A stretch of DNA of 64,000 bases from Marsupella aquatica (lineage: Eukaryota; Plantae; Marchantiophyta), in NCBI GenBank assembly GCA_973895155.1, contig OZ316894.1, forward strand, positions 26,211,240 to 26,275,239, in the 5' to 3' direction. The position numbers and the translations under genes were made by a program. The notes under the pieces were generated by a model, which saw only the letters and a program-made list of their open reading frames with translations, searched no databases and had not been told where the DNA came from. Numbering within the stretch: position 1 is the stretch's first letter; every line of letters starts with the position of its first letter. Positions 1 to 12,593 of this stretch are shown here, piece after piece.

Positions 1-327
1 GTTCATCATAATATGAAGGACACCATATATTGTCACATATTGATGTGCAATTACCGGGACGTATCTAATTATCCTTTCCTTGAATATAAATAGATGTGAA
101 GGCATTGTAGACAAAATTCTGTTACTATTTCCAATTCATCTTTGCCCCCATCTGTGTTTTCTAGCCACTCCCTCACTTTAAGTTATGCCCTTAGAGTTAC
201 AGTCTTCCCCTATCCTTGTTTGTTGTCTCCACTATAACTTTTAGTTATGCCCATAGAGTCATGGTCTAGAGGCTTCACTCTAGACAGTAGACATTGGTAG
301 TAGCTTTTGATTGTCATTATATATTTA

Positions 328-620
328 TGAGCTCCATTCCCGTGCGTTGCACAAAAGATGTTGTTGTGTAAAAGATGTCTTTACATGAAAAATGCATTGA
401 ATGCGCAAAACATGTTGTTAAGTAAATGACATTGTTGTGAAAAGAAGTCATTAAATAATAAAAGATGTTCTGCAAAGAGGTAGTTAAGTGAAAAATGTTG
501 TTTACAAAACAGGTGATATTATGCAAACATTGTTGTTGCGTAAAGGATGACATTGCACAAAAGATATTCTTGTGCAAAAATATCATTTACAAAAAAGATG
601 TCATTGGTGAATATGTTATA
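328..620 (-). mobile_element. Second, more decayed copy of the Helitron-like repeat family
   Basis: CCCGTGCGTTGCAC hairpin at 339-352 followed by the same AAAAGATGTY-type repeats as 51630-51960; terminal CTAG not retained. Confidence 0.4.
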
Positions 621-1180
621 TTGAAGCTCATAACTGGTGTTCAAGGCAAGAATACTATTTTCCTCTTTTCCTTCTATAATTTGAAAAATGATCTATACCA
701 CAGGATACTCAGAATATTCTTAAAATTCACTTGACAAAATTTTCTCTAGGTGTCACAAGAATCCCCCAAATATGTTGTTAATTCAGGCCCAAAATTTACA
801 TAGCTATTTATTTTGGAGAGCTACTGTACCCAAATGGCACTACGAAACAAGAAAGCAACTACAATAGTGGGCATTGTACTGTACAGAGGGATTAAAAGTA
901 AAATTTCACAGGCTTCCATGACTTAATTAATGAATTAGTTAATTAAAAGCCTTTACGCTAGGTACAACAGCTGCCGGGAAGCCAGTGAGCAGCGTTCGAC
1001 GCTTCCAGGCGTCTAGTGTGCGACTCCCGGTTCATGGGATTGCTGTATCGGGCACGTGTCGTCCTCCGCAAGGCCGAGGCAAGCCCCCAGTTGTCCATGC
1101 CTCCATGGGCAATTTAGGCCCCCACCGCCCTCTTTCCCTTGCAGGCGGAATAAATAACGAGGAACTCTCTTCCCCGTGTT

Positions 1181-1390
1181 GTACTCCGTATTTAAGGGTG
1201 CCTTTAAGGTCATCTTTGTTTTCACGCTGCTGGATTGCTGGTACAGTAATCTGTCTCTAACTGCATACTCTATAGCTGCAAAACCGAGTACTCCGTATTT
1301 CAAGGTGTCATAAGGTCATCGTTGGTTTCATGCTGCTGGATTGCTGGTAGAGTAATCTCTCTCTAACTGCATACTTTATAGCTGCAAAAC
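1181..1390. repeat. Tandem duplication, period 107 bp
   Basis: GTACTCCGTATTT...ATAGCTGCAAAAC begins at 1181 and again at 1288. Confidence 0.9.
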
Positions 1391-1524
1391 GTCTCGTTTT
1401 CGCTTTTTTTTTCATAAAGTTTGCATTTTCTTTGGCCCCTTTTTGGACCTGGATTACTTTAGTTGAATGACAACTTTAAATGTGCAAACTCTTGCTAGTT
1501 ACATAGGAACACTTATTGGTAACT

Positions 1525-1870
1525 GAATGATCCCATCAAATTTCACTTGCTGAAAAGTCCATGACATTTTCTAGTAGAGTAAAAATTGCAGTGGCAAGGT
1601 AATGGACCAAATTCAGAGAGAAGTGTACATGAACAATCATCTGTAAAGCACGCAATCCCTTCGAGGTTCACTCACTGATAAGTACCTTATTTTCGTAGTG
1701 GAGTAAAAAGTGCTCTTATAGAGAGATAAGAGACCCAATTTTGGGAATAAGTGTACATGAACAATAATCTGGAAAGCACACAATCCCTTCAAATTTCACT
1801 TACTGATAAGTGCATGCCGTTTACTGTACAGTAAACCTTGCACTTACAGGGTAAAGGACCCTATTTAGGG
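1525..1870. repeat. Degenerate ~128-bp tandem repeat (about 2.5 copies), probably transposon-derived
   Basis: Recurrent ATCCCTTC..TTCACT.ACTGATAAGT and AAGTGTACATGAACAAT units; similar words recur at 37730-37860. Confidence 0.6.
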
Positions 1871-2728
1871 TAGGGATGTACAATTTAGGACTCGAATCAC
1901 TGGACTATTCACGGATGGAGGACAATTGCACATTGACTAAAGAGAGTAACATCTATACTCTTATTTATAAGTGCACAATTTTTCGAGTGTGCACTTATGA
2001 CGTGGTGCAAACCCCCTTTAGTGCACACGGTGGTGCTTCTTTCGCGGGGAGTGTGCAATTAGAGAGGGGCGAGTGTATTTATGTTTCGCTCCTTTACGTC
2101 CGGGAAAAGAAACTACACGACATTCAAAGCGCGGAGGCAAAAGGTTGAAGGTTGCCCCGCCTCGAAGCAAAACGAACGCAGTGATCTTCCCTCCGTTTTG
2201 TGTCTGCAGAAAGAAACCCACCGTCCACGATCGGTGCTGCTGTTGCGCACCTTCCCACCTTGCAGTCTCGGTGACTCAGGAAAGGATTTGATTTGGGTCG
2301 AGTTTTGTCGAGACGGAGAAAGCGATTCGGAGTCGTTCACACCACGTCGATCGATCTATTGGGGTGCAAGATCTCTGGGTTGGATTGGAGGCATCGTATT
2401 TGAGTGGCGTGACCCGGCAAAGGGTTGTAGTTTGGTGTGGAATCGATTGGATTATTGGAGAGTGTCAGATTTGGACGGATGCCAATGCTGACAATTTATT
2501 GTGGAGATGGATTGGTGAATTGATTTGCCCTAATTTACGACATGGCTGGCGTGGGCTCGCTTTTACTCCAGAAATCTGCAGCAACAAAAGGTCTGTCGAT
2601 CGATCCCTTGTGGTGCAGTGAGTGAGTGAGTGGTAAGGCTGTAATTCGGATTCTTTGGACGATATCGTGGCCGGAGTGGCCGAAGCTTGACTGAATTGTG
2701 CGCGAGGAGGTGGATTTCGATAGAAAAG

Positions 2729-5700
2729 ATGGCTGCTTCAACAGTCACGATAAATGTCATGCTTGCCATTCATGCCAAGAAGACGGTGTCGGTGGACATG
2801 GTGAAGCCCTTGCGGCAGTACATAGTCCACCATTATTCCGAAAGGGAGGCACATGACATGGAGGAGGATCTACAATCCGTGCAGCAGATGCACAACGAAG
2901 TGGAGAGGGCGAACGACGCCCTCGAGGCGCGGAGGGATCTCCTCCAGAGGTATTTTCGTGCTCTCTCCGTAATGGAGTCCCGGTTCCCAATTTCGAACGA
3001 GAAGGAGCACGTTAGCACCCTTTACTTCACGTGGTACGATGCTTTCAAACAGGGACGGAAAGCTACTCAACAAAACATCCATTTCGAGAAGGCTGCTATC
3101 GCATTTAATTTAGGCGCAGTCCAGTCTCAATTAGCCCTTTCAGCTGACCGCTCCTCTGCCAATGGATTGAAGCAAGCTTGCAATTGTTTCCAAGCATCAG
3201 CAGGAGCTTTTGCATTCTTACGAGATAACATCTCCATGAAGGCTTCTGGATCGTCGTCCACTGTGGACATATCTGTGGAATGTGCTGGCATGTTGGAAAG
3301 GCTGATGCTTGCACAGGCTCAGGAGTGTTTTCTGGAGAAGGTGTTGAGTGACAACAGGCCGTCATCCCTCTGCTCCAAGGTGGCGAAGCAAGTAGGGTTG
3401 TATTATGAAGAAGCATACGCAGCTTTGGTGCTTCCTCCTCTCAGTCAGCACTTCGACCGCACCTGGGTTGCTCATGTGCAAATGAAGGCTGCCCAGTTCC
3501 ACGCGGAAGCGAATTATCGTATTTCCCTTGAGCTCCACGAGCAGGAGAAAATAGACGAGGAGATTGCTCGCTTGAAGGCCGCCAGTCAACTGCTGGCAGA
3601 CTGTAAAAAGTCAGGAAGGGGAGTGGTTGGGCCTCTGCTGGATGCCGTCACCAAGCTCGAGGGCAACGTGAATCGCAATTTGGAGCGTGCAAATAAGGAG
3701 AATGATAGGGTTTACTTGATGAGGGTTCCGCCCGTTGAATCTTTACCTCCTCTCCCTACCGCCGTACTCGTTAAATCCACTTCTCAGGTGGACGTTTTGG
3801 ATGCAAGTAAGGAGAAGATGTTTGCAGTACTGGTTCCCGACAGCAGTGCCAAGGCCCTTTCCAAGTACACGGAGATGTTGGACGATGTCATCCGAGTGCA
3901 AGCAGAGAAATTGCAGCAAGAGAGTGAAATCACGAGAGTGAAGCTGCGGGAGATGGATCTACCTGATTCCCTACAGGCTCTGGAAGGGAGCGCTGCTCTC
4001 CCCGAGCAGCTGCGAGATGATGTAGAAGCAGTCCAGATAGACGGAGGTCCAGAAGGGTTGGACACGGAAATGAGACAGCTGAGAGATCTGAGGCGCGTAA
4101 ACGAAGAGCTCCTGGTGCAAACGGAGGAGTTACTGGAGAAGGAGGCAAGGGAAGATGCCCAAATTAGAACCCAGTTCGGAACGAGATGGACAAGGCCACA
4201 ATCTAGTACCCTCACTAAGAATCTGCACGATCGAGCCAACGGATTCGCAGCAAATCTGAAGCAGGCCGCAGAAAGCGATGCTCGGATTGAACGCACCATC
4301 CGGGATAATATGCCTCTCATGGCGATCCTCGATGCAAGGCCGGTAAGCTTTTACTCTAGCTATAGGCGTTTCTGAGAAACTACTGTTTATCTTGATAAAT
4401 TGTCTTAGGCTGAATCTCTCAAATTTATGACGAAAACTAAAATTACAAGATGTCTTGAGGTAAGATCATGGACGTGCGTTCCTAATGCATCCATTTTATT
4501 CTTAATTCACGTGTCTTCTCTGAGATTATGGTTGTGGGTGGCTCTGTGCATATAATTGATCTCATTGGATGAATGTAAGGCCGGGTTTTGTGTAACTAAG
4601 ACATCTGATTGCTAGTTTGATTCTGACAAGATTTATTGATCAACTTTCAACGGTTGCCGTTGCAGATAGAATCTGCGTTGCCAACTCTTGGAAGGCCAAT
4701 ATTGTCCCTGAACGGCGATGAAGATTCAATTGTTGGGACTCTTCGACAGAGATTGGTATGATTTATTTGGCTTTCTCATCTGCATAGCGTGCTTAGCTCC
4801 GTTGTCGATGAGATGGATGTCGGGCCTTTCACTTTTGCCCTCTTATCATTGGTGTTTCCTGTCAACAGGGAGAATTGGAAGCCCTTGGGCAACAGCGTGC
4901 CGGATTGGAGGATATGCTGAAGGATATGAAGCGGAAGGTATTTCAGATTGAACTTATAATTTTCGATGAGCTGATGCACCTTTTAAGGTTTTTGAGAGTG
5001 ACCAGTTTGGCAGGAATAACGAGACCTTGGTTGACACTGGTTGGTGTTGTTATTGTCCATTCCAGGATAACATACTGCCAAAGTTGATGACAACCTCGGG
5101 ATCTTATGAAGAACTTTTCAAGAAGGAACTCGCGAAGTTTGATCCTATATGTATAGAAGTCGCCAAAAATGTGGATGCGCAGGAGAGACTGCTGCAGCAA
5201 ATCAAGGTAAACTCAAAACCTAGTGACGTTTTGTTTGCCTGTGCTCACTTATGTGGTCTGGTCTTCGAATTGTGGTCTTCAGTAAGACTTCGATGATTTT
5301 ATCAAAATTTTATAAAATTCGAGTATATAAAATCAGCCAATAATTAGTTTTACTCTTGAACATCGGCTAGTGAGCTCCTTTTAAACGTCTTATAGAGTGT
5401 GATCGTTAGCTCTCGATCCATGGGTTTAATTTGCACACCAAGACCTTCATAAGCAATGATCAAGTGAAACTTGAAATTTCGCTGAGTGACTCTTGCTTTC
5501 GTATTTTCCAGGCTCACAATGATACCTTTGCTGCTACTTTCAACCTGGAAGAATACAGAGGTTAGTCATAGCAAAGCACTGTTTGGTGTGGTGCATCGTG
5601 TGGCCTCCTCGCAATTGCACGTACTAAAGCTATCTGAATTTATGTTGTTGAGATTGTGCAAGTCGGAGGGGTTATCTTGCACCTTACGTCTATTTCAGCT

Positions 5701-7233
5701 ATTAGTAGACATTGCAAACAGATCCCTTACATTTCCTCTAAGCATTGAATTATTGTGCATTTTTAGTTTGTCTCAAGGTAGTCTAGTAGGCATTGATTTT
5801 TGTATGATTGTTCTAAAGGAGATGAGTGATGATTTATTAGCCATCCCATCTACTTTTGAGTTGTAGTCCAAATGTGGAGATTCCTGAAGAAAGTTTGACG
5901 ATTATCTTTCGGCTCTTAACTTACCGACTTAGGAGATCTATTGATGACTCAGTGCACATTGTCTTTACGCAGCTAATCGAGAGAAGGCATACAAACAAGT
6001 CAATGCTGCTATTGTAAAATATCGGGAAATCCGAGAGAACATCAATGAGGGTCTTAAGTTTTACGTCACTCTTCAGGTATGACCTACTCTTTGAGAGAAA
6101 GTTAGTGGTTCAATTGTAGTGACATTTTAGAGATCGATGAAGTTGAAGACGCCTGCAGTAATTGGATGTACAAAGTTACTTCTAGGTCAGTTGAAACTCT
6201 TGATTGGATGTGTGATGTTGGCTCTGGTTTTAGTATGTTATTTTTCTGAGACACTTGGTTCGTCATCTCAGAGTATTTGGGCTATCGCTTCCAGTATTGT
6301 GAATTTAGAACGTTTTTGCACCTTATTCGAACTAGCTTGAACTCCGGTTAGATCGTTTCTCGAGAAGCCGTTAAACGATCACTTCCCTGAATTTTGGGTG
6401 AACGCCCTGCAAGTGGAAGGAGGGTATGAAAGAGAGAAGAAGCTGGACGAAGGCAGAGTCACTGTAGTGTTGGAAGATTTAATTGCAGATAAGCTCAGTC
6501 TATAAACTAGGGGCACCTTGTCATGGATGCACACTGACTTTTTATTTCTACTGTATTCTGTCAGGATGCAATTACGAACTTGAAACAACAGTGTAGCGAT
6601 TATGTGATGACCCGGAACATACAATGCCGAGAAATGATGGAAGATCTTCAACGTCAGATCGCTGGTCTTTCCTTCAGTGATGGTGGTCCAGGTCGGGCCT
6701 ATCCTCCAGCTCAAAGGACTTCGACAGCGCATGAATACCCAGCAGTTGGTACTGCTCAAAGGTCACAGCATGAACACCCAGCTGTTGGTACTGCTCAAAG
6801 GTCTCAGTCACAGTCGTCTCAAAATCACTCGGCATCTGCTCCACAAGGCTCACACCCTCCGTATTATCATCAGACCTCACCGTCAGTTGCAAATGTGGGT
6901 ACTCAGCCACAACATCCTTCGTCATACGCTGCTTATCAGGCACCTCCGCAACATCAGCCAGGAACACCATCTACGTATTATGCAACTCAACAACAAAATC
7001 CTCCTGCCCCACCATATTATGCCCCTCAAGCGCCAGCGCAGCAGAATCCCTCACAACCGCCTCCTAACTATAATCAGCCTCCTTATCCAGGTTGGCAAGG
7101 TCCATACTACAATGCTGCTAGTAATCAGTCAAACCCACAAGCATCGCAAAATCCTCCTCCTTACTACAACCCTACCGCAGGAGGATACTACCCTGGCCCT
7201 TCTCCTGGTGGATACTACAAACCACCATCATGA
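2729..7233 (+). CDS. ALIX: BRO1/ALIX ESCRT-associated protein (Bro1 domain, V domain, Pro/Gln/Tyr-rich tail), about 911 aa
   Basis: Exons 2729-4342, 4666-4755, 4869-4937, 5066-5206, 5512-5560, 5973-6076, 6565-7233; all introns GT-AG and in phase. Bro1 motifs FTWYDAF, FEKAAIAFNLGA, LMLAQAQECF, KENDRVYL; V-domain NINEGLKFYVTLQ; low-complexity PPYY tail. Confidence 0.95.
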
Positions 7234-10200
7234 TCTTTGCTTCGCCTTTGGACTTGGAAGCTTCGATGTTGAGTAATATACATATTATGACAGATTAAAT
7301 GTGGTTTAATTGTTTTCAGGTAAAGATTTTTCTGTACATGACGTACCTCTCTGCTAGTATATAGGGTTGTCTCTTTGGAGCAGTGTACCCTTAGAAAGTT
7401 AGATAGCAAGAGTATTTTTGTAAATCCTTGTTGCAAACCATACCAAGGATGCATGTTTTGAACGGATCCCTTGAAGTGCGTCCGTATGCCTGATGATACA
7501 GCCCTCACGTTACGAGAAGGCGCGATAATTCAACCCATATATTGCGGGGTTCTGATCGTGATGTTGAATATCACGATCAGAACTTTTAGTCACAAGTTTA
7601 TCTGAAACAGCTAGGAGGAATTTGGAGGAGTTAGTTAAGCCTCACTGTGAAGGTCAAGGCTAGCCCGTTGAGAAGGAGACCTTTTAAATGTATCAAAACG
7701 CAGTGAGTCCAGGCTCATCTTTGCAGAGATATTACTACGAGAGACCTCTCTAATCTGCAGGATCTGTTGCAACTGTAGCCGGTCATCAAATACACCCTCC
7801 AGAAGAGGACATGCAGGAGAGAAGTTTCGCCTTTTCAAATTTCTTTCTTCCCTGGTGGGACTGACAATGAATGCTAGACGGACACTATCCGACTCCAATT
7901 GATGATGTTTGTCTAGAAACATGATCGATATTCACAGCAATTACTGTCTTGATCTAGCAATAGCGTCGAGGCACGCGGAGTTGTGTTTCAGCTCATTAAA
8001 AGTGTTAGAAAAAGTGTTAAAGACTCTTAAGATAATAGCGGCAATGAAAGGGATTATTACGACAGCAAAGTAGTGAAGCGTGTTTCAACTCACTAGAAAT
8101 GCGGGAACCAAAGAATTCTTGCCGTGCCTAAATAGGGCTACGGATCAGATGTTGCTGACTGTGTTAGTATTTTCTCCACCAAGGGAGTTGATGACACAGA
8201 CTTGTGAAGAAAACTGCGACCAATGTCAATGTGCGGAAGGGTTGCTAGGATTTCTCATGCATACGATAGAAGTTGCGATTCAAATAATTGTTATGGTTTC
8301 ACCCATGGTGTGTAAAATTGGTGTTCAGGTTGGCACAAGGATGAAGTGACCAACAATTCTGTCAACTTTGATTGACTGAAGGATTAAATTGTGTAGATCA
8401 AAGAGAAAAAAGGGCCAATCTACGAAATTTACTGTGAATGACTGAAGAATTAAAACGTGTGATCCAAAGAGAGAAAAGGCCAAAGAAAGTGCAATGGAGT
8501 AAGTCAAGGAGGTCCAGAAATTGCATGCACCAAACTTACTTAAAAAGACAAATGCAACCCCCACAAACGTAGAAATAGAAAAAATACAGAATACTAATTA
8601 ACTACCTCTGCAAACACGTGCTAATTAATGGTCCACATCTAGTAAACCAGTCCTCGAAGACAACCTTGCCCACATCTATGACCATCTAGTACAACAAAAC
8701 CAGCCCTCGGAGACTAAATCGGATGTCGCTGCTCGTAAATCTCTGGTGTAACCTTTTCCTTCGATCTTCCTATGTGAATTGACTGAATCCCTTCCAGACA
8801 CTAAATTATACAAAAATATTTGGCTTGTTCATGCAGCCAAGCGTACGTCCATGCTTCTGTTAGCTTTAATTTGGACAGACTGTCTGTACATTGTGCAAAA
8901 CAGTCTATATGAAGATTTGCCTGCTCCTGTGTAATAGTATGCTGTGTGTTTGATATGCTTCCATTTTGTTGCTTAGGTGTGTCTGTTATCTATCCAAATG
9001 AAGCCCGGGTGGACCACCATGTTGTGAGTTTTGGGCTTAAAACTTGATGATTATGAGTCTAAAAATAAGTCAGAAGGAGTAGACTTAAGAAAACACAAAC
9101 CCAAATATTATATATTAACATAATGAAACTTAATCTAATAGAATTTACCCCTCTTCATTCCATGCTGAATAACTCAACTAAAATGGCCAAATCTTCACTC
9201 TCACTTTGATGGAAGTGTAGCTTACTTACTCCTCTAGCACATACTCAAAACTAAAAAAATATTTGAATTTATGAACATTGAATTATTACAATTAAACTTA
9301 AATTTTGGGAAATGTGATCCATGGGAATTTCAAAAGGCCGACGTTGTGGTCCATGGAAGCATCATTTTCCCTTTTTCTGCTTGGTGCCATTTTTTAAGGG
9401 ACTTTGTTGCAATCTATTATTTTGCTCTTTGGTAGCCAAATAGTGAGGTTTTAAAGCAGCCAGGTAGGATTTTATGGGCTTAAGCAAGTGCCTAAAATTA
9501 GCATAGTATATCTATAATCTCACTCTCCCATTGTCATTTTACAAAATGCATTTTGGGCTGGAAGCAATTCTGGCTGTTTGATGAAAAACAGTTTTTCCCT
9601 CACCATAGGATCTGCTCATAACACCGCTCCTAATCCTGGAGTACGTACTGCACAGCCCTGCACCATTGATATCCTTGCTTTGGCTCTCAACTTGAATGCT
9701 TGCAACAACAACCCATCCTCCCCCTCACCCCTCTACAACCCAGACAAAACAACAATATTCCATGGAGGCATTTATATAAATTCAGACTAAGTATGATTAA
9801 TTATGTAGTCATATAAATTTCCCAAATTCAATAGAACACATATTTTAATTTGCTCCAGTGTCCTATGTTGACTTATTAATGATTGTAAAGTCAAATGGAG
9901 TCGCAGAAATAAGACTCATGTTAAGTTAGAGCACTTTAGTGGTCAAGCTAGTCATAACTGGTCTGGGGAGTATTCTACTAGTGGGTAGACAAAAAAATCT
10001 TACTGACCCTCCTATGAGGAGGTGTACTTTTGAGCTTTACCATGATTTTGAGTTTCTTCCTCAATAGGGTAGACGTTCTTTTGCTATGGACTCTTTGGCT
10101 TTTGGGTTTTGGATCCTGGGTTTTTCCCTGGTTCTCCCCTTGAGTCTCGTGCTGGTTTTTATCCTTGTTCTCGCATCTTGGGTCTCGTGCTGATTTCACC

Positions 10201-10364
10201 CTTTGCTGTCTCCCCTTGAGTCTTGTGCTGGGACTCGTGCCTTTGTGGAGCTTTGTGTTCTTTGGCTATGCCGTGTAAACTCGATTAATAGTGGAGGCGG
10301 TCCGCACTGACTAGGTACTTTTCATTATAAAATGTTGATACTCACAAGAGCCGTCTGGAGACGT

Positions 10365-10700
10365 AGTCAAGAAGGTCGTCATTGCAACGTAATTCATTAC
10401 GTATCGCTTCACAAGATCTCCGGGTCCGGCGAATTGATCCCATGGAGTAATCCCGAACCCGCAAGGCCCACACGTAGTCACGTAACGTAGTCCACACCTT
10501 CAAGTCGAGCTTCTTGACTAGTCCACACCTTCAAGTCGAGCTTCTTGACTAGGTCCCACAATTTGGGGTCAGCCTCAACGCTGTGAGCTACAAAGCTAGA
10601 ACGCTGTGAGCTACGAAGCTAGAACGCTGTGCGCTACGAAGAAAGCTTCTCAGTTGAGGGCGCCCACCAGAGTCCCATGGCACAATCCTATATAAGTCCC
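10365..10700 (+). promoter_or_regulatory. Putative promoter of the amidohydrolase gene: TATA box, W-box cores and tandem repeats
   Basis: TATATAA at 10689-10695; TTGACT at 10514 and 10545 inside a perfect 31-bp tandem duplication (10488-10549); AGTCAA at 10365; about 2.8 copies of a 23-bp unit at 10577-10640; several ACGT cores at 10470-10490. Confidence 0.5.
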
Positions 10701-11110
10701 AACTTTGTGTCCATATGTATTCAGCCCGCTGACTTGCTTGCTTGTTCTCGAGTTAGCGATCACTTCACCAGAGCGAAATCTCGTACTTCTTATCTCGGAG
10801 GAGGCTCCCAGACTTAACTCTTGGAGGTCCGGCTGCTGAGCTCAGTCCAGCGTATACCGTGCAGATCGATAGCGGGACCAATAGATCATTGAGAAGATAT
10901 CAGTATTCTGCATCAAATCATCGTTGGAACGTCGATGATACAAATCTCAAAGCGAAGGACGGGTAGCAGATATCAAACTCGTACAACAAGTCCGACATTC
11001 TAGTACGTGTTGACAGGAGGGTTTCACAGCAGTCAACCCGTGAACCTGCTGTGTGAATCCATCCTAGCTTCTGGGTACGTTCATTTGAACAGACAATGAC
11101 GATCAACAAC

Positions 11111-12593
11111 ATGAAAAGGTCTACTATTCGGGTTCTGGCTCTGCTTCAGCTCGTCATGTTGGTAGCATCTCAGGGTGGAATGCCCATGTCTCCTAGTACA
11201 CCTGGTGCCCCATTATCACCGAGTAGTCCAATGCCTATGGCCGCGAAAATCGACACCCACTGTCACTATGTGCCCCCGTTCTACAAGGCCCTGCTGGATT
11301 CTCGCAACATAACATCCGGAGGAAGGCCCGTCCCGGTCTGGAATGCATCTGCTCACCTCGCTGTGATGGCACAGTTCGGCATCGAGACATCCGTGGTCGC
11401 AATTTCCACTCCGGGTGTAATACTGTCCCAGAATGCCCCTATCGAGGAAGGGCGGACCTTGGCCCGCCAGGTGAACGAGTATGGATACAACCTCACCATG
11501 GAATACCCAAAGAAATTTTTGTTCTGGGCCACCCTCACTCTTCCCGACCTGGAGGGAGCTGTTGCTGAGGCAATCTATGCCCTGGACACCCTAGGCGCCG
11601 CTGGAGTCATAATTGAAGCGAGCACTTACGGAGAGCTTCTGGGAACTCCTCGCTGGGCTCCTCTCTACAAAGTCCTTAACGACAGGAGTGCTGTCGTCTT
11701 CGTCCACCCCAGCAACTCTCCCTGCGCTGAGCAGCCTATCTGTAAGCAGATCTCACTTTGTTTCCTGTGCTGGTTGATTGATTCGAATCTGAGTTGAAGC
11801 TGGAGCATCTCGTGCCTGATTTTGTGATTAGTTACCTAGGTCTGCCTTCGAGAAGTACGCATGCGCATGAACGTGCACTATAGTCGCCATAGATCCACAT
11901 GTCTAGTTAGGTCTGGCCACTCGACGCAACTACGCCTCACTGTTTATGCTCGAATGAACATAAACAACCACGAAGGCTGAATTTCTGGTTCAGACGCAGA
12001 AGCTAGGGAAGTGTCCCTTGATCAAACATCGATGGACTGTATCTAAAGTCTATAGATTTAATCCGTTGCGATGCAAGAATTTGACAGGGTCATCTGATAA
12101 TCTAACTCGTGTTTTGTTTGGAAATGCAGTTCTACCAAACTCCACCGACATCCCGTCTTATGTGGTCGACTTCTTGCTGGACACTAGCCGTGCAGCAATC
12201 GACCTAGTATACAGAAACGTGACCACCGACTACCCAAACATCAATTGGATCCTTGCCCACTCGGGAGGATTTCTTCCATACGCAGGCATACGGGCAGCAG
12301 GTGGTTTGGCTTTGCTGTCTGGCAACCCGGCTGGCCAGACAATCTACCTCGGCAAGCTGAGGAATTTCCATGCTGATTTAGCCATCTCTGCGACTCAGTT
12401 CTCTCTTCCTAGCACGACACTGTTCTACGACTCCTCAAAACTTACCTACGGCTCTGATTATCCTTATGCTCCCGTTACTGGGATCCAACAAAACAGCGAC
12501 GAAATCACGACGTACCGCTTCAGCACCTCTGTCAGGAGGAAAATCGACTACAGCAATGCATATAAGCTCTTCAAGAAGTTTTTGAAAAAGTAA
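11111..12593 (+). CDS. Amidohydrolase-2 family metal-dependent decarboxylase (ACMSD/6-methylsalicylate decarboxylase-like) with predicted signal peptide, about 364 aa
   Basis: Exons 11111-11741 and 12130-12593 joined by a phase-1 GT-AG intron (alternative ATG at 11096). Metal-site motifs IDTHCHY, VFVHP, ILAHSGGFLPY, YGSDYPY. N-terminus MKRSTIRVLALLQLVMLVASQG is basic-hydrophobic. Confidence 0.9.

Noticed and set aside
10488-10640. Short direct repeats as a possible CRISPR array
   Set aside because: Head-to-tail repeats with no spacers, in eukaryotic DNA with no cas genes.
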